DNA of 62,677 bases, the filler included, from Rhabdomonas costata (taxonomy: Eukaryota): assembly GCA_019059605.1 (NCBI GenBank). It is 24 parts of 24 records of this genome, joined end to end, with 100 filler letters (N's around TTAATTAATTAA, not from the genome) between each part and the next. Parts side by side here need not be neighbours in the genome. Positions count along the whole stretch, not along the records: positions 36,627 to 39,139 come from JAHMHO010003059.1; positions 39,240 to 41,755 come from JAHMHO010003060.1; positions 41,856 to 44,373 come from JAHMHO010003061.1; positions 44,474 to 46,988 come from JAHMHO010003062.1; positions 47,089 to 49,602 come from JAHMHO010003063.1; positions 49,703 to 52,217 come from JAHMHO010003064.1; 18 more parts are not named here. One strand, 5' to 3'. The notes under the pieces were generated by a model that saw only the letters and a list, made by a program, of their open reading frames with translations, made no database searches and was not told the DNA's origin. Numbering within the stretch: position 1 is the first letter of the stretch; every line of letters begins with the position of its first letter. Made by a program: the position numbers and the translations under genes. Positions 36,627-50,545 of this stretch are shown piece by piece.

Positions 36627-39139
36627 GTTGGGGGGGGTGGGGGATGAGTTCTGCATTGCGGTGCGCCATGGAGGAGGAGGAGGAGGAGCTCCTGTTGCGG
36701 TAGGTACGCTTCCAGGAAGGCTGAGGTGGGGAGACGAGGGAAGGGAAGGCTCCACCTCCGCAGGGGCTTGGACGCAGAGCGGGACCTGGCCGTCACCCAG
36801 CAGAGTGCACGGCGAGGAGGGCGTGGGCGGAAGGGCGGCGGGTGCACCGGACACGCCGGGGACGCCGAGCATAGAGCCTGGACCCAACCCAGAGGATGAA
36901 GGACAGAGGGAGCAAAAGGGAGCAAAAGGGAGCAAAAGTGTGGCAGGTTCCATTTTTTTCTGCAACCTTCCATATACTTTGGTCTCTCCTCGAGAACCAG
37001 GCTGGTATGGGGACGGCAGATCAGCAAAAGACATGCGCACAGTCAAATTTAAAAGATCAGCGATGAGGTGCGCAGTACAACCACTCAAGAACATGAAGCC
37101 AATGCGTCAGGGTTGCGTGACACCCAAAAAATCTTCATAACAAAAATACAGCAAAATACATTCCGCCACCGAAAAGAAACTAAAGCTAAGATCGTACAAA
37201 ACACCAACTCGAACACACCTGGCCGACACTCGGTGGCACCAGCAGCGCTGCGGCCCATCGTGGGCAGCGTCACCTCCACTACAAACGTCGCCCCTCGACC
37301 CACCGCAGTCCCCTCCGGGTCCACGAAAAGCCGCCCACCCATCAGCTGCACCAGCTTCGCCGCGATCACCAGCCCAAGCCCGCTGCCCCCGTACTGCGCC
37401 CAGGTCTCCGCCGTGGCCTGCCCAAAGGCCTGGAAAAGCCGCCCCTGCTGCTCCGCGCTGAGCCCGATCCCCGTGTCCCGGACCTCCACCCGGACCGTGG
37501 TAAGGGGAAGGCTGCTGGCCCGGGGCCGTGTTAAGGGGGAGATGTTTGGGGTGCAGCCGTCGTCGGCGGAAAAGCCGGAGAGATAGAGCCCTACCGACCC
37601 CTTCTCGGTGAACTTGATGGAATTGGAGAGTAGGCTGAAAAGGAGGGAGAGGGGTTCGGGGACCGAACAGCACAGAAAGCTTGCAGGAAGGAACACGTGC
37701 GCAGGAGCTGCATTTCTCGTGTTGAGTGTGGCAACGGCAACATGTTTTGAAAGACGGTCAGGCTCCATGATAGCAGATGGCGAGCTGGAGAGCGCGAAGG
37801 AGCGCGAAAAGGCACCACACCAAAAATCATCCCGCAAAGATAGTAATACTCGTTTGACAAAACTCGGCACTTTTCGTTGAACCTACACTCAATAGCGCAG
37901 CATTCAAAGACAAGACTGACAAAAAATACCCACAAGAAAAGGCAGCAAATAGTCGCAAAAACAGTGCAGGACTGCCACACTTCAGCAGCGCCTGGCGAAG
38001 CCGGCTGGCATCCCCAAGGAACATAGGCAGGTCCTCCCCGCCTTGCAAAAAGAGGCTCAGCCCCTTCTTCGTCGCCTGGTGCTGGACCATCTGCAGCGCA
38101 TCATGGCAGGCCTCCACGAGGCTGAAGGGCTTGGACTGCAGCACCACGCTGCTGGCTTCCAAGCGAGCGGTCTCCTATTGTCCACAGTGGGAGAAAAGGC
38201 AAGCGCAACGAGCATGGAGCGTCGTATATACGTATTTTCTGAACTGTTTTTGCACACATCCGCATTCAGGTTGCATTTCGGTGACAAAAGAAGTTCAAGA
38301 CTCAGCTTCCATCCTGATGCTGTTTACGACCCCCCTTGTGTAGGGTACAGGTCAAAACTGATCACATACAAGGGACGAATGTGACATAACAGCAGAACAA
38401 GCCACTAAAGAATGGAAGTGCGAAATACAGAGTGGAAGTCGAATTTTTTTTTTACGTCAAAAACATGGTTCTTTTTCACAAAAGGGCAATCCAATTGATA
38501 GACACGAAGCCAAAGGGAGTCTTCAAGTAGTGTCAGCTGGATGGGGCTTAAGCCGAAGCACAGTACGTGTCACAAGGTATATAATAATGCGTTGGACAAT
38601 TTTTTTTTTAAAATTTTAATCTAGCGAATCAAAAAAGGGAACAAAACACAGGATTGCGAGCAATCTGATGCACCTAACAACAGCATATCGAAAAGAAACC
38701 TCCTGCAAACCCATCGTCTGGCCAAAAATATTAGAAACAGATTAAAATAAAAATACTGGCACGACTCAGGTGCCTTGAGCTATCAACCAGCTCGGTCGGC
38801 GACGTTGCTGGTGGTACACTACCGAACTCAACGAGATGTCTACTTGATTTGCTGCACACGTAGATTTCCCAGTCCGAAGGAGTTTGACTTTTTTACCCAA
38901 AAAGGCACAAAAAGAAACAGCGTCATAAGCTCGCCAAATAGTGACCACCGCGAGACAACCGAGAGGGTTGAAAGAATACCAGTGCACATGCGCCTAGGTT
39001 ACGGGTGCAAGAAAAAGCCAGCCAGGAGGCAACGCGCACGTACCAGCACGTAGTCCACGTTGTTCGTGATCTGTGAGCCGCAGCTCAGGATCAGCTCAAG
39101 AAGCTCCCGCTGGCCAGCCTCCAGGGCGGTGTCCCACAA
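36627..39139 (-). CDS. Sensor histidine kinase, probably hybrid type: end of HisKA plus HATPase_c (exons 39139-39044, 38174-37981, 37634-37219, 36877-36627)
   Basis: DTALEAGQRELLELILSCG, GDASRLRQALLNLLSNSIKFT (N box), VRDTGIG (G1), LFQAFGQA (F box), YGGSGLGLVIAAKLVQLMGG (G2). All three GT-AG introns are phase-consistent. Confidence 0.93.
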
Positions 39140-39239
39140 NNNNNNNNNNNNNNNNNNNNNNNNNNNNNNNNNNNNNNNNNNNNTTAATTAATTAANNNNN
39201 NNNNNNNNNNNNNNNNNNNNNNNNNNNNNNNNNNNNNNN

Positions 39240-40552
39240 CAAGCCCGCGAGATTGGGCTGGTGATCAAGGGAAGCACCACCTTCGAAGTAGATCCCAGCG
39301 CAGGGGGTCACACCACGACAGCGTCGTCGTCATCGGGCTCGGGGTCCCCTGCAGGGGGCCAGGGTAGCTCTGTTGCCTCGGTGTTCCGAGCAATGGTGCA
39401 AGACTCCGAGCGCCACGGCATCGCCGACTGGGTAACGCCCTCCCTCCGCCCGCCAAAATTCTTTTTCTTCCTTTCTGTTCTTTTTCCTCGTCGTGTTGTC
39501 TTTGCCGAAGGCGGGGGGATTTCATGACGAAAGGCTGCAGTGAAATAAAATCATCGAAGCTGTATAACCCAGGTTGTATAACCGGGTTTGGACAATGGAA
39601 TCTTCTGATTTGGGTAAATTCCACGAAATATCTCTACCCGTTCAGCTCAAATTTCGTTGTTTACCAAACACTTTGGCACCATTATGCTTGCTGAAAAAGT
39701 ATTCTGTATTTTTTTTTGTAAAGTCAAGGAAGTTTGATGGGTTTTTTGATGTCGAGGCCACGGACATGGGACCCCTATCAAAAAGTCCTGTTCAGCGTGA
39801 CATTAAATGCTTAGCTTCCGCCTAGGTATTGGAGAGGGGATTCTCGCATGAAACGGGGAAAAGGGATAAATTGCCCACGCTTTTATGGTTGCGCAAACCT
39901 ACACTTAAATGGAAGTTTAAGTTCGGGAGCCACGAGTGAAGAAAGAACGACACAGCTCAGCTCAGCTCAGCTCAGCACGTTAAGGAATCGGAGAAACGCG
40001 GTGGTTCTGGCGTTTGGGTTGAGCTTTTCAGAAAAAAACACACGATAGTCACAAGAAGAACCCGAAATTACAGGACTGTGGTGTGGAGGTTGTCCGCGTC
40101 TGCACTGAAACCTTTCTTCTGCGGGCAGGACAACCCATTACTCCCGGCAATATCTCGCTCTGTGAGACTTGCGACGAAAGCGACCCCCGGGTGGTATCAG
40201 ATTGGGCTCATTAAGATAGGAAGAACGAATTTACTTTGCTCATAAACTGACGAACGTGATAAAAGTGAAGCGCCTTTTCATCCATAAGTGAGAGCGAATT
40301 TTGGGCGAAAAATCAAAGTTACGTGTGAACCTGTTCCATTTGTTTTCTTTGAACAGAGATGGTAGCATTAGCCTACTATCGCAACCACTGCAAAAACAGA
40401 GAGAAAGGGGAGGGGTTGGGGTGGTCTCTCAGGGGGTCAGTCAGACCAGCATGGAGGACGTGTTCCTCCAGATCGTGCAGCTTGCGGAGCAACAGGACAC
40501 CATTGTCACAGGGATTCCCGCTGTAGACCAACCGCCCTCCGCACCGAAATGA
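39240..40552 (+). CDS. ABC transporter subfamily A, C-terminal exons (39240-39431, 40433-40552)
   Basis: Spliced VASVFRAMVQDSERHGIADW/GVSQTSMEDVFLQIV matches the ABCA terminal motif GI.DW.VSQTTLE.VFL. Confidence 0.88.
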
Positions 40553-42086
40553 GAAGGAAAAAACAATCCCTCGGAAGGAGAAAAGTCTTCTGCTTGTCTG
40601 TGTACAAGATCGAGTGCCATTCCGCCAGGTCCGTTTGCACCCATCATGACTGGCGCGCTGTGTATATGTGTCCGGGTGCGTCGGGGTCCAAGCACAGGCT
40701 TCTTTACATCACCTTGCTCGCAGTATCGGGTTCCCTTTCCCACTCTCCCACTCTCTCTTTCTCATCCTGAAGTTCTTCGCTGTCTACCTCTCCTTCTTTC
40801 GTTTAGTACCATGCCATTCTTTGTTCCTCCGAGCCCTAACATCTCGAACCGAGCGATGAGCGACGGATGCAGGTAGCCGCATTTATGCATGTGTTCCTGT
40901 GGTGAGTCTGTGCCGCCTCCTTCTGAGCCGCGCTGACTTACATTCAGTTATGTACCGTGTACTAGTTTCATCGCTTTGTTTTCTCCATTTAGTGTTCCGC
41001 GATTATGTAATGGATAACTGGTGGTGCTGGACAACATGTAAGCTAAGCCTGAATTGAATTTTATTCCCACAATCCGGTTGTTTTTTCCGGGATGCGCACC
41101 TTGAGTGAGGACTCTGGTGATGGTTAGAGATTAGAGATCCTCCATGTGCATTTCCGGACTTTTTGGTTCGAAGATCCCCCGTTTAGAGGTGGGTTTAAAA
41201 TCGCCCTAAGGGTTTTCTGATGCCGCTGAATCTTCTTTTGTCAAAATGCATTTGAGACAACTTTTCGAACGGAGGCGATGCACCACGCTTTGATCAGGTT
41301 CCGAAAGAGTTCACTAACATATGTTCCACAGAGAGTGGGGAAGACCGCACCTTACTCTCTCGGTTTATGCGCGCTGTGATCGAACCCATTAAACACTCTG
41401 GAATTATTTTGCGGTATACAATCAACACGATATTAGAGTAGCCTTGCGATCATCAGCAAAAGTGATGGACAGAAGGATGGTGATGAGGGAAAAAGTAGGT
41501 GTATAACCGAAGACAATTTCACAAGTTGGAACGTGAGGTCGTGCGATGAATGTTGAATGGAGGTCTTTTCGGAAAGAAACGAAAGTCCGCGGCAGAGACT
41601 GTGGGGACCTACAGACAGAAGAAGCAGAGTGGGAAGGTGAGGAGTGGTGCCGTTGAGGGAAGGGAAGGGTGGGAAGGGATGGGATGGGCACTGATTCAAC
41701 AATCATTAGGAACATCCTTGATGACTGGATGTGTCCAATCACAACACCCCCCAAANNNNNNNNNNNNNNNNNNNNNNNNNNNNNNNNNNNNNNNNNNNNT
41801 TAATTAATTAANNNNNNNNNNNNNNNNNNNNNNNNNNNNNNNNNNNNNNNNNNNNGGAAAGTCCCAGAATGAAGAAAGCGAACAAATGGTGACGGACCGG
41901 TTTGATAACAATGCATTTTAAACGTTTGGTGGCGGACTTATGCGCTCTTATTGTGTCTTTTTGTCCGAAAAATGAGACACTTTGTGACACTTAATACAGG
42001 TTTCTCGGGGAGGGGGATCCTCAGTGTGCAGATTACGGAGGCCGGGCCTTAAGAAGGAGCTTTGTTTGCGTTTCACGTCTGCTCAG

Positions 42087-42348
42087 GTGTGCGGTGTACC
42101 AAGTCCAAGACGGGCTGCTGAAGCCCAGCGCGGTGAGTGGGATGCTTCCGTCCGCGGCGAAAGCAGAGGCTATCGCTCTGCAGTCCAGCGTTGCAGCGCT
42201 GGTGTTTCCTGGGTTTCTGCAGGCCGTCACCTTAATGGCAATGGTTCTGTCTCCCCACCCGTGGCTGGCTCTGGACTGCAAGCTGAGGCACTTGCTCGTC
42301 AGGATCCGGGCCTCTGGGCTGCGCCTCGCCACACAAGCAGTAGCCTAG
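42087..42348 (+). CDS. Terminal exon of a hypothetical protein
   Basis: CAG acceptor, then frame ...LVFPGFLQAVTLMAMVLSPHPWLALDCKLRHLLVRI...* with a protein-like L.F..FL.A...A motif. Confidence 0.5.
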
Positions 42349-43189
42349 CATCTCGTGTTGTGGTCTGTATGTTAGTTGATGTGTAATTGTTAGTGCTTCG
42401 TTTGTGCATGTGTGGGTGTGACTTCCAGCGCCAGTGTACTTGTTGTACATTCGTTCGGTTTGCCTTTGGCAGAATTGTCCACCCCCCCCCCCTTGCAAAC
42501 GATATTTTTTATGCGGGAGTTATGAAAGTACTTAGCATCAAGACATTTTGGGCCTGTCAAAGCTTCTATTCGAATCCCAGGAAGCACTTGAAACCTTTTG
42601 ATGGTTTCCAGGGGACACTTGAATCGCCACGTAACCACTACGAAACCTTCAAATTGAAACCCGGGGAACGTTTGTATTGCCCTCAAACCGCCTGTCAGTC
42701 GGATTCAATGGAAAAATCAGTTAAGAGAGGGCAATACCAAAAGAACACAGTTCACCCGGGGAGGGGTTGGGGGGAGAACAGGTCTTCCGCCTGTTGAGGT
42801 GCTGCAAACCTTCCGCAGACAGGGAATTGACAGATTTGCACATGGAACAGTGTGTATGCGGATAATTTTGGTTTGCCGCTTGCAGCTGAGCCGATTCAAA
42901 ACAAGAGTTTTTTATACGCTCTGGATTGAAAAGGTCTCAACCGATCTTGAATGAGATCAACTGCATTCAGAAAGGGATGAGTGTCCCAACACCGTTGTGG
43001 GGCAATGCATGACAGTAGGTGTTCTGTTGTTGGGTTTCATCAGTTAATGATTCCTCTCGACAGTTGGTGATGTTGTTTCTGTTTTATTCGCATGGGCTTT
43101 CTCCACTGCTGTATGCTCGCCACCTGTTTGGGTTTCCTCCCCTGCTCACATCGACCGAACTTATGCTTGCACTTTCTGGCCGTAGTAGT

Positions 43190-44260
43190 ATGACCACTGA
43201 GCTCAGCAGGGCCCTCAGTCAGATTCGGGTGCAGCTTCCTGCCGCGTTTCTGATTAAAAACTCAAACACTCTGGGCCTGCCCCCACGGACTTTGGCCGCG
43301 GTCCGGCACATCAGCAGTTCTGCGCACCTGTCCTTCCTGGCGTCTAGGGAAAGTTCTCAGCCGTCCACGTCGGGTGATCCCGCCAACGAGCCAGGTAATA
43401 TTGATTTTTTGAGGTGAAATGGACGTTTTGTTTCTCCTGCATTCTTTGTTTAGTGGATCGGGGTGGGAGGTACTTAATGCGCGGCCTCGACTCGGCTTTG
43501 ATGCCCACTTTTGCCATTTTCGCCTCAATCTTGGAGGTGCCGGACCCACTGTGCCTGTATGTTTGTGTGGTAGGGGTGTGTCCTAAGACCCTGGAGTGAC
43601 TCTCCACTACTGCTGACATTATCGGTTGTTTGAGAGTAAATGGATTATCAATAATTTTGAAATAAGGTTAGCGATGGGCTCGAGCCTCCCTTGGGCATCC
43701 GACAAGTTTTTCAAAGGATGTTATATTTCTCCCCTTCGTGAACTGGTCAGCAATTTTCAGCATCAGGAATTTGCCCCCCCCTCTCAGGCGGTTTACAGCC
43801 GAAGGTTATGTCCTTTATCTATGTCTTCCATGTCCACCCAAGAAAAGCACGGTACAAAAAGTTATTAAGATATTAGGTCGCTTTTGAAGTTGGCTTTCTC
43901 CCCGGACCCCGTCATATGGGAGCCACGCGTGCAAATTACATCGAACATGCACACATACAAATCGCATGTGCATTGCAACCAGAGACGCTCTTTGGGGGCG
44001 GGAATGGGGAGAGAATCTTCAGCTCTCCTACCAGGTCAGCTAGCCAGTGGCCTGGAAAGTGTTTTGGGACGGGGGCATCTGGTGGGCATTTTTATCACCT
44101 GCGGCTGACATTCTGTATTTCCCAGTTTTTCAGAGCGTTTCGGGGTTACTCCTTATTTCAGGTTTTTCCGACCTGGAGGTATTATTGGACAAAGGGGAGT
44201 TCCACAAGGCATGGAAACTCCTGCAGTCCCTCCGAAAGGACAAATCTCAACCTCGGAGGA
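43190..44260 (+). CDS. N-terminal exons of a hypothetical, possibly organelle-targeted helical-repeat protein (43190-43394, 43454-43536, from 44162)
   Basis: The first two exons join in phase across a 59-nt GT-AG intron. The N-terminus is R/S/L/A-rich, and a later exon LEVLLDKGEFHKAWKLLQSLRKDKSQP is PPR/TPR-like. Confidence 0.5.
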
Positions 44261-45145
44261 TGACTCCGTTTCAAGGTCTGCGGTGCCCTCGCGGTGTCAT
44301 GAGCTCTGCGATTGCCGGCTTCTGGGTCGAGATGTCGTCCCCTGTTTCGACGAGAATATCATCCCCCAACCACNNNNNNNNNNNNNNNNNNNNNNNNNNN
44401 NNNNNNNNNNNNNNNNNTTAATTAATTAANNNNNNNNNNNNNNNNNNNNNNNNNNNNNNNNNNNNNNNNNNNNTTTTGGGTGGAATCCTCTACCTTGCAG
44501 CCTCTGACCGCAGGAAAGAATTCAGCAAGACTCCCGTGGTCAGAGGCTGCAAGGTAGAGGATTCCAGGCAAAAAAAAATGAGACGACAAGATAGGCCGAG
44601 CCACCGGAACTATGAAATTCCGGTGATGAATAGAGGATGGAAATGAGGGAAGCCGGGAAACCAGCGAACAAGGAGAAGTGTGAGGAGCCAGCTGTAGAGG
44701 CCAGTCTCGAGGAGCCGCTCGAGCCCAAGAAACTGAAGCCTGACGAGATCTGCGAAGGCCATAGAGAGCAGCAGATGAGGATTCAAAAAGGTCCCGAAGT
44801 CCGTGCCCTGACGAAGAGCGCCAGGGACGGCTCCACAGTCGTGCTCTCCGTTGTGGGAAGAACGTGACCTCAGGATCCCAAGCAGAAGTAGAGACCACCG
44901 AGCGATAAGCAGACTGGGCGAGCGTAGAGGGTTGGAGCTCCCTAGAACCGTGGTTTAAAGCAGCATTGGGGTTTCCCCAGAACCTCCGCCCAGCAGCACA
45001 CGGGTGATCCCCGATAACTCGAGGCATACCCCGAGAAGCGGCCAGGCAGCGCGAGAGCATTGGAAATCCCGCTGGATGCAGAAAAGACTCCCACCAAAAC
45101 AATACTCTGCAGTGTGTGTGTCTGTGTGTGCGTGTGTGTTTGCAG

Positions 45146-46563
45146 AGGAGGATGAGGAGGTGGAGTTCGCGCCCTCGGAGGAGACCTCGGACAGCGATGG
45201 CTGCCTGCTCTCCACCCGTCGTGCTCTGGAGTACTACCGTGTGATGGACATGATCCGCCGCAACGACCCCGCACTGAAGTCCGCTGCAGAGCCACTGTAC
45301 AACAGCGAGGGTTCTTGTGTCGCATGTGGCTGGCGGAAAGGGAAATAGCTGTGCATTGAACGCGTACATACCAAAACAATTAAGAGAATCCCAAATACAC
45401 ACCCGGCCACTGGCAACCCACGAAAGTAGACCCAGCGGTCACCACCTGCGCGCCTATATCCTTTCCAAAATAAAGAACCAAAACAAGGAGAAAGCCTTGC
45501 TCCCTTGGGGGCAGCGTGAGGGCTTTAACGCGACTTTTCTGTCGTTCGTTCGTTCGTTCGTGTCTGGGTGGCTGTTTCATTCCGTTTTTTCCCTCGGCAT
45601 TAATTATAAACTACCAGTCTGTATACGTGGGCTGGTTGTTGTGAAAGCCGCGCGTTCCGGGACGCACTGAGTTGTTGTTTGGTCAATCGCTATATGCAGG
45701 GGTGCAGGGGTGTCCTATCAGAACCTAGAACCTAGCAGAACCGTCACGAAATTTTGTGCAGGACAGGGGCAGGGCGATGATATTGAAGGTAGCAGCACCC
45801 ATTTGGCCAGGCCTTCCTAGTATAGAAATGCACGCACCCACCACCTGGAGCTCGTGAGTAGATGTTTAGTGTTTTTGCTTTGGTCTGCAGATCTGAGGAT
45901 CGGTTTTTTCTGTTTCGAGGCGAAATGGTCTTCCAATACCAGTAGGTTCAGCCCTGGACCTATGTGCCAGTTTGTTATTGTTATGGCCTCAATGCCCGTG
46001 CTTAGCGCAGCGACAATTGGCAGATTCCCTGCCAGGGATTTCTACGCTGACGTTGTGTGCCTCTTCGCTCAGAGACAGGCAGCTCTTCTGACGAGGGGGA
46101 GGCATCCCGTGCGAGTGGCAAGAAGCCCTACACCTTGCTCTCCCAGGCAAAGGAAAAGCTTGACACTTTGGTACAACAGTTCCCTCCCATCGTCCATTTT
46201 TTTCGGAAGTATGGTTCTGAAAATACCTCTTATCTTAGTCTCTTGTGCCCTGCGCACCGTTTTGGAATGAACTCATTGACCGCGGTTGTCAGTCTCCCTG
46301 ACCGTAGGGACTGGGAATTGGCCGGGTTGTCTGTTCTGTTTTGTGCCACGTGCTGCAGATGCTGCTGAATCAGATATGACGAGTTGCAGCAAGAGGGTGT
46401 TGTCTTCTCTGTCTAGGACTTGGAGCATGTGGACAAACTCGTCCAGCCCGAGGCGCTGGACGAGCTCGATGATGGTAAGAAGAAGGACACCCCCGCTGCC
46501 AAGGTTAAGGCAGCCCGGGAAGAGTTCTTGGCGGTTGCCAGTGAGTTCACGGACGGGAACTGG
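45146..46563 (+). CDS. Hypothetical protein exons (45146-45278, 46073-46170, 46417-46563)
   Basis: GC3-rich AG/GT-bounded frames. MIRRNDPAL resembles the N-cap of tropomodulin/RNI-type LRRs. The last two exons join in phase 0. Confidence 0.5.
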
Positions 46564-49500
46564 GTGTGCCTCGCCGTCGTGCAGAATTTCCGATTTCTGT
46601 CAGTCTCGGAAACCACCGCGTAAACGATGTACAGATTACCCGCGACGCTCGGTTGTAAAGGACTCGGGACTCGTAGGAGTCGGATAAAGACCTCTACACA
46701 CCTTTTGGCACATTGCTTCGGACACACTTTTATCGCCGATATGCTTATATCGATGAACCGAACAACCCAGTCGGCTTCCTATTTCGAAGGCAATCCCTTT
46801 CCATCGTGGCTCCAAGTATCCGTGTTCATGGTTGTATTTTAGAGTTGGCAACATTTCTCGTAGTTTTGTACCGGGGACACAGAATATGGCTGGTGGGATG
46901 GTTGGAGCTGGTTGACAGCGGTAGAGAGTTGTAGTTGTTGTTGTTTTCGCTTGATGTTCAGTCTTTTTTTTTTTGCACTTCGTCTCTTNNNNNNNNNNNN
47001 NNNNNNNNNNNNNNNNNNNNNNNNNNNNNNNNTTAATTAATTAANNNNNNNNNNNNNNNNNNNNNNNNNNNNNNNNNNNNNNNNNNNNGGGGTGGTGGTT
47101 GATACTCATGTTTTCATGCGCTCATTTTGGAAGACATTATTCAGATTACTGGACATCAAAACATGAGTATCAACCACGTACCATCCACAGACAAAAGTAC
47201 AATCTTTACTAACTAATCAGACACTAAAGCAGATCCTCCGCCGTAATGCAGATTCAACGCCATACCGTTTGCTTGTTTTATAACACACCATTGGCGGAAG
47301 TCGCAATTAACAACGCTCCAATTGCTAGCACGAAGTTTAGTCACTAATACGTGAACTACGGATTTCATGTTCTCTTTGGTGATGTACCAAATGCTACAGA
47401 ACAGTAGCAGTTCTGCGCAGAGACAGTCATGGAGTTTGTGGTGCGTTTGAAACAAGGTTGGAAGTTCATGCCACCTTTGAAAAGAACCAAGCAATCATGT
47501 TAGCTCAGTCCAATCTAAAACGACGGGACTACAAGTTCCTCGTAGACTATATGGTCAACCAGCCCAAACACCAGAGAGCCTACATGGTCCCCAGTTAGCC
47601 CTGTAACGGAGAGCAGTATGATCGTTTCCGACTGAAAATGTAATGAACCGCACGTCTGTGCGTATCGAAATCACCTTCGAAATCATTGCACACGAGACAC
47701 TTGTCCTCCGCAACAGCCAACTCATTCCCTACCACCCACAACTCCTGGACCCTGTTGGTTTTGTACCGTAAGAGGACGACGAAGATGACGCCTACGGCAA
47801 TCCTTCTCAACATGGACTGCCGCCTCCGCCATCCGATGATCAAAGTGTAGATCTACTGCACAACGCAGTTATAACAACGAATCGGACATGCAACATTCGA
47901 ACATTACAGTGTAACAGCCTCTAATTCGATTGAGAAACAACTCACTCTGAGCCGTCTGCCATGGAGCATTTCACTACAACTGGGGGCGGTTGGCCCCTCC
48001 GTTAATAGCTAACTACTACATAGACAAAGACCCCTGTGACTACGCACGTGTGAGTACGCAAGTAAACGGTTCCGAACTCTGCAACCCCGTTGTCTATAAG
48101 GACACCATCAGTTCCACACAAACATACTGAGTAGCCCGCACGGGATTATCTTACCTAACGCGCAACCAGTGTACTAACTAACGGAATCAGAGCCATTGCA
48201 ACCTGTTGTTTCTGAGCCTCTAGGCACACTACTTTCGGAGGAGTTTCCTCCTAACTGATGAGGATGACGATTAACACACTGTGCGTGAGCTGGATTCAAC
48301 GTCTATCCCAGGCACAACCACATACAATGTCTCGTTTTGGGTTTGTACGGCTAAGAGACTCAACCAATAAAGATGCCGAAGAAGATGCGCTTGCCTCCGC
48401 CATCCATACGTCAGTGGTTTCTGTACCAAGTCCTAACGCCTTGACTCACCTTCAAGTCTCGTTAAATGCAGTCACTAACGGTTCACCAGAGGGTTCACCC
48501 CGACGTGGAATGCCACCGCCCACCACCACTCATAGTTTTGAGCAACAGCATTGCCGTTTTTTCTTGCCTAATGGTTGCTTCCACCGCCTCGCAAACCGCG
48601 TGTAAGCGGACAACTGCAAAAGCACATTGCCCATTCTGTTAATCTACCGCATTTAGTTGCCATCTTTTCATACAGAAGAGGATGTCATGTTAGCACACTA
48701 CATTTTCCATGCGATCTTTCAAAATTTCTCATTTTTCCAGAAGATGACCTTTTTGCTTCTGCTGCACACCTTAAGCTTCCATCGTACGTTTGCAGCCATG
48801 AAACTGACATAAGTGCTGCCAGTTTCAGTGATTTTAATTTCTACTGGTACCATGGCGTCTCTCTTTACTCTAACCACACATGTCATTCATACCACTTGCT
48901 TTGCATCAAATTTTTTTTACACCAGATTCGCCTCTTGTGTCTTGGGGGGAAAACCTAGACGCCTAAACAAAACAACTTTACGTCGCCACGTCAGGCTGTC
49001 TAATTACACATCACATTGGCGCACTCATTTCTCTCTTGTCGACGGTGCGTTATCTCAGAGCTTTTGATTGCTTTTTCTGTTGTTCAGCTGCCATTCTTTA
49101 TGAGACCGGCCGCCACAACGAGTTTATTGTGCAGCTGCTGCGCAACTCAGTACCTCAGTACCATTTTTTCTCTTAAATCGTGCGCAAAATAACGGGTTTC
49201 TTTTTTCGCTTGGTTTGCCATTCGAAAAGCAATGTCATTCGGCGCTTTCATGGCAATCTTGCCTCACTAGCGGACTGAAAAACCACAGAGCACACCAACC
49301 TCCTAGAGTAGTTATCTAGGCCTTGGTGTTCAAATTTGTTGCCCTTTTACCCAAAAAACCACCACCTCCACTACATGCCCACAATTCAAGCATAGCACTT
49401 GCAAATATTTACACGCATTATCGCAGCCTGTAACTTTTCACTCTTTTTGCATTACCACCGGTCGTGCTCAAGGCACCGCAGAAACACCGCACGAACCACC

Positions 49501-50545
49501 AATCGACAAAGTCGTGAAGTTGCTGAACGGTTAAACCCAGATACCAGTGGTAAAAATTTGTTTTCGTCGTGTGGTGGTTTTGAAGGCTACCACTGATTAA
49601 AGNNNNNNNNNNNNNNNNNNNNNNNNNNNNNNNNNNNNNNNNNNNNTTAATTAATTAANNNNNNNNNNNNNNNNNNNNNNNNNNNNNNNNNNNNNNNNNN
49701 NNAACTTGGGACCCACGCCCACGTCCAAACATTATAAGGCTGGCTGAGTCTTTTTACCCTGTTTTTATGCCGCTGGTCTCAAAATTGTAGTGTACGTGGA
49801 GATGACCGCAGCCCGTAGATGAGTTTTTGACCTGGGAGGCAAAATACGGTAATGGAAAGGAGCTTTGCGATTTTTAGTAGTAAATCTTCAGTCCTTTCAG
49901 GCTTTTAGGTACAGAGTGCAAAGGCGAAGTTTCGGCCTCAGGAACAGTCGTTTTGAAGATGGAATAGACGTGTTTTGGGTGGACGGCGTGCACCTTCAAC
50001 GCCAAACATCAGCCGACACATTGACTGCCCTGATTTAGTGCCGCTCAGCCCTAAACCCAATGCTTGAACTGCTCCGACGAAGGTCTCAGTTTGCGGTGGA
50101 GCCTACTGTATATACGAGGGGAAGGGAGCGCTGACATTCCGCTTTTTATTTCGAGTTTGTCACGGATTTTAAAGCCCGTTGAAAGATTACTTTTTACAGA
50201 ATCCCTTACCGCCACAAGTTGGGTTCCTTGCCAATGGAAGTAGACTATTTTCGCCAATTTTAGTGGAGGGGGAAGTGTTTACGTGCGGAAACTTAAATCC
50301 ATTTTTCTACACTGATGGCCCTTTTAAACTGAGCGTGTCAGTTGTTTACAAACAGTGCCTGTGACGCCGACTCGCTCTTCCTTCTCCACATGAACCAACA
50401 TGAACCAAGAGTCCGCTGGGATGAAGCTTGCCCCCGTTTTTGAACTCTGAAGCAGAAAGGCAATTGTCTCGCCATCGTCACCGCCTTTTTCGCTGAATTT
50501 ATCTCCGTTTCTTCATATCCATCTCACTTGCCGTCTTTCCTGCAG

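Noticed and set aside
36908-36937. (GGGAGCAAAA)3, and similar short tandem repeats near 6447 and 39953
   Set aside because: These are ordinary intronic micro/minisatellites with no spacers or associated genes.
37085-38174. Bacterial contaminant origin for the histidine kinase
   Set aside because: Three phase-consistent spliceosomal introns interrupt it.
44422-45402. 326-aa minus-strand ORF
   Set aside because: It is the antisense shadow of plus-strand exons and repeats, crosses a microsatellite and the linker, and has no protein-like motifs.
47213-47843. Broken minus-strand frames that might be a pseudogene
   Set aside because: No recognisable motif, so a call cannot be supported.
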